Source of the DNA: Zygophlyctis sp. KS116
Taxonomy: Eukaryota > Fungi > Chytridiomycota
DNA: 8,045 nt
Direction: 5' to 3'
NCBI GenBank assembly: GCA_054661495.1
Contig: BAAFSQ010000390.1
Location: forward strand, 1 to 8,045
Of the stretch, positions 6,981 through 8,045 are shown piece by piece. Position numbers and translations under genes: made by a program. The notes beneath the pieces are model-generated. The model was given only the letters and a program-made list of their open reading frames with translations. It searched no databases and was not told the origin of the DNA. Position 1 is the stretch's first letter. Each line of letters starts with the position of its first letter.

Positions 6981-7497
6981 GGATTACCTTTAAGTCTGGA
7001 AATCTCTTGGAAAAAATACAAGAGTTTTTCAATTTCTTAGATTTTTTCAATTTCTTTAGAGTTTTTAGAGTTTTTGGAATTTCATGAGATTTAGATAATA
7101 TTAGGTCCATTAAAAGATTTAGACTGAACTCTAGACGAAGATCTGTCTGGAGGAGGAGACAAGAGATTAGAAACCTTTTTTTTTCCAGAATAAATAAGAT
7201 CTGATTGCATTGTTGAGAGTAAATCAGAGTATTTGTCTAGCAAACTAGAGTATTTGTCTAGTATTTCTTCATCCTTTTCTTCAAAACACAACTTTTCTGA
7301 TTTCTCTGCTGGTAATTCCTGAAGTAAATGAAAGGGAATGAGTCTAGCAAGAGCATCGTTAAAATCAGTAAACGGTTCAAGATTAGGATGCATTAAAGAC
7401 ATTTGTTCCTTGTAAAGAGATTCATGGATTCTATATTTAGAATGGAAAATTACCTTTTATTCATCCGATTGTGATTATCGATTTCGTCATTCGACAT
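6973..7497 (-). CDS. Small stand-alone GLTSCR1/BICRA-domain protein, about 157 aa; exons 7497-7454, 7430-7175, 7146-6973
   Basis: EQMSLMHPNLEPFTDFNDALARLIPFHLLQ resembles the GLTSCR1 signature P..PF.s..DA..RLLPYH. Exon 1 MSNDEIDNHNRMNKR joins through a 23-nt intron. The last exon (TDLRLEFSLNLLMDLIL plus Lys-rich tail) depends on a less typical 28-nt intron; without it the gene ends at 7091. Confidence 0.72.
7147..7174 (-). other. Probable 28-nt intron (GLTSCR1-domain gene), atypical
   Basis: gtttCTAAtctcttgtctcctcctccag; GTTT donor and pyrimidine-rich body; opens a 58-codon exon. Confidence 0.6.
7431..7453 (-). other. 23-nt spliceosomal intron (GLTSCR1-domain gene)
   Basis: AG|gtaattttccattCTAAatatag; joins the ATG exon in frame. 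Confidence 0.85.
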
Positions 7498-7542
7498 ATA
7501 GTTCTTTGATGACGCCATACTGGGAAAGCAAAGGAAAAATAA

Positions 7543-8045
7543 ATGAAAGTCTCACTAGTATTCTTGGTCTTGGGTGTCTATGGCTGTTGCAATCAACAAA
7601 AGTCAACAACAGAAACAAAAAAATTTAGCGGAAGATGTAAGTTGTTGAACTAATGTCCATAGTGATTGAATTCTTGAGAATCTTTGAGTTTAATAAGTCG
7701 GATAAATATGAAGAAGACTGTCAAGGTATCTTTAGAAATCTAATCATAGACGATTGCGACGAGTGTGACGAGTGTGCTGAGTGTGACGAGTGTGACGAGT
7801 GTGAATGTAAGTAGTATATGATTTGATCAAAAGCGGAAACATCTGTAGCTCCAACATTGGCTACTACTGTACGATCTTCAGTATATTCTTCTTCTGTCGC
7901 TCCAACATTGGCTACTACTTCTACCCGCTGTCATAATAATACAGTGTATTCTTCTGTCGCTCCAACATTGGCTACTACTTCTACCCGCTGTCATAATAAT
8001 ACAGTGTATTCTTCTGTCGCTCCAACATTGGCTACTACTTCTACC
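7543..8045 (+). CDS. Secreted protein with Cys/acidic repeat and Ser/Thr-rich tandem repeats, 5' part; exons 7543-7636, 7663-7725, 7750-7806, 7834->8045
   Basis: Not in the ORF track. Spliced reading: MKVSLVFLVLGVYGCCNQQKSTTETKKFSGR|LIEFLRIFEFNKSDKYEEDCQ|DDCDECDECAECDECDECE|SETSVAPTLATTVRSSVYSSSVAPTLATTSTRCHNNTVYSSVAPTLATTSTRCHNNTV... It has a signal peptide and three phase-1 introns that keep the frame. Confidence 0.8.
7637..7662 (+). other. 26-nt intron 1 of the secreted protein gene
   Basis: gtaagttgttgaaCTAAtgtccatag. Confidence 0.88.
7726..7749 (+). other. 24-nt intron 2 of the secreted protein gene (in frame, stop-free)
   Basis: AG|gtatctttagaaatCTAAtcatag. Confidence 0.75.
7755..7805 (+). 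repeat. 9-nt coding tandem repeat (TGTGACGAG, about 5.7 copies) encoding (CDE)n
   Basis: tgcgacgag tgtgacgag tgtgctgag tgtgacgag tgtgacgag tgtgaa. Confidence 0.9.
7807..7833 (+). other. 27-nt intron 3 of the secreted protein gene (AAG acceptor; alternative in-frame TAG acceptor at 7848)
   Basis: gtaagtagtatatgatTTGAtcaaaag; in-frame TAG if retained. Confidence 0.72.
7842..8045 (+). repeat. 60-nt coding tandem repeat (SSVAPTLATTSTRCHNNTVY), perfect from 7889 to the window end (2.6 copies), preceded by a degenerate 51-nt copy
   Basis: Sequence lines 7921-7980 and 7981-8040 are identical. Confidence 0.95.

Noticed and set aside
7842-8045. 60-nt repeats as a CRISPR array or non-coding satellite
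   Set aside because: No unique spacers, eukaryotic context, and the unit is 3n with an open Ser/Thr-rich frame.
233-8045. Functional gene cluster or prokaryotic/viral system
   Set aside because: The genes have unrelated functions (N-glycosylation, CoA synthesis, respiration, centriole, chromatin). Adjacency reflects genome compaction, and no mobile-element or prokaryotic genes are visible.

Overview
This is eukaryotic nuclear DNA, AT-rich (about 30% GC by eye) and extremely compact, with about 10 protein-coding genes in 8 kb. The ORF track truncates or misses most of them because they are split by tiny GT-AG introns of 23-29 nt. I reconstructed ten such introns by hand, and several restore conserved protein motifs across the junction. 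Gene order: probable secreted protein (5' end only, -), two-RRM protein (-), ALG5 (-), orphan 7TM protein (-), RCF2/HIG1 (-), type II pantothenate kinase (-), SAS-4/CENPJ (+), Bax inhibitor-1 (+), stand-alone GLTSCR1-domain protein (-), and an unannotated secreted protein with a (Cys-Asp-Glu)n exon and 20-aa Ser/Thr repeats (+, runs off the window). Fungal-type RCF2 and PanK together with a centriole gene suggest a zoosporic, chytrid-like fungus (inference). The most notable features are the uniform ultra-short intron architecture, near-absent intergenic space including a coding overlap, SCB-like repeats upstream of SAS-4, an over-represented GACTCT/AGAGTC hexamer, and the novel Cys/acidic plus mucin-like protein.
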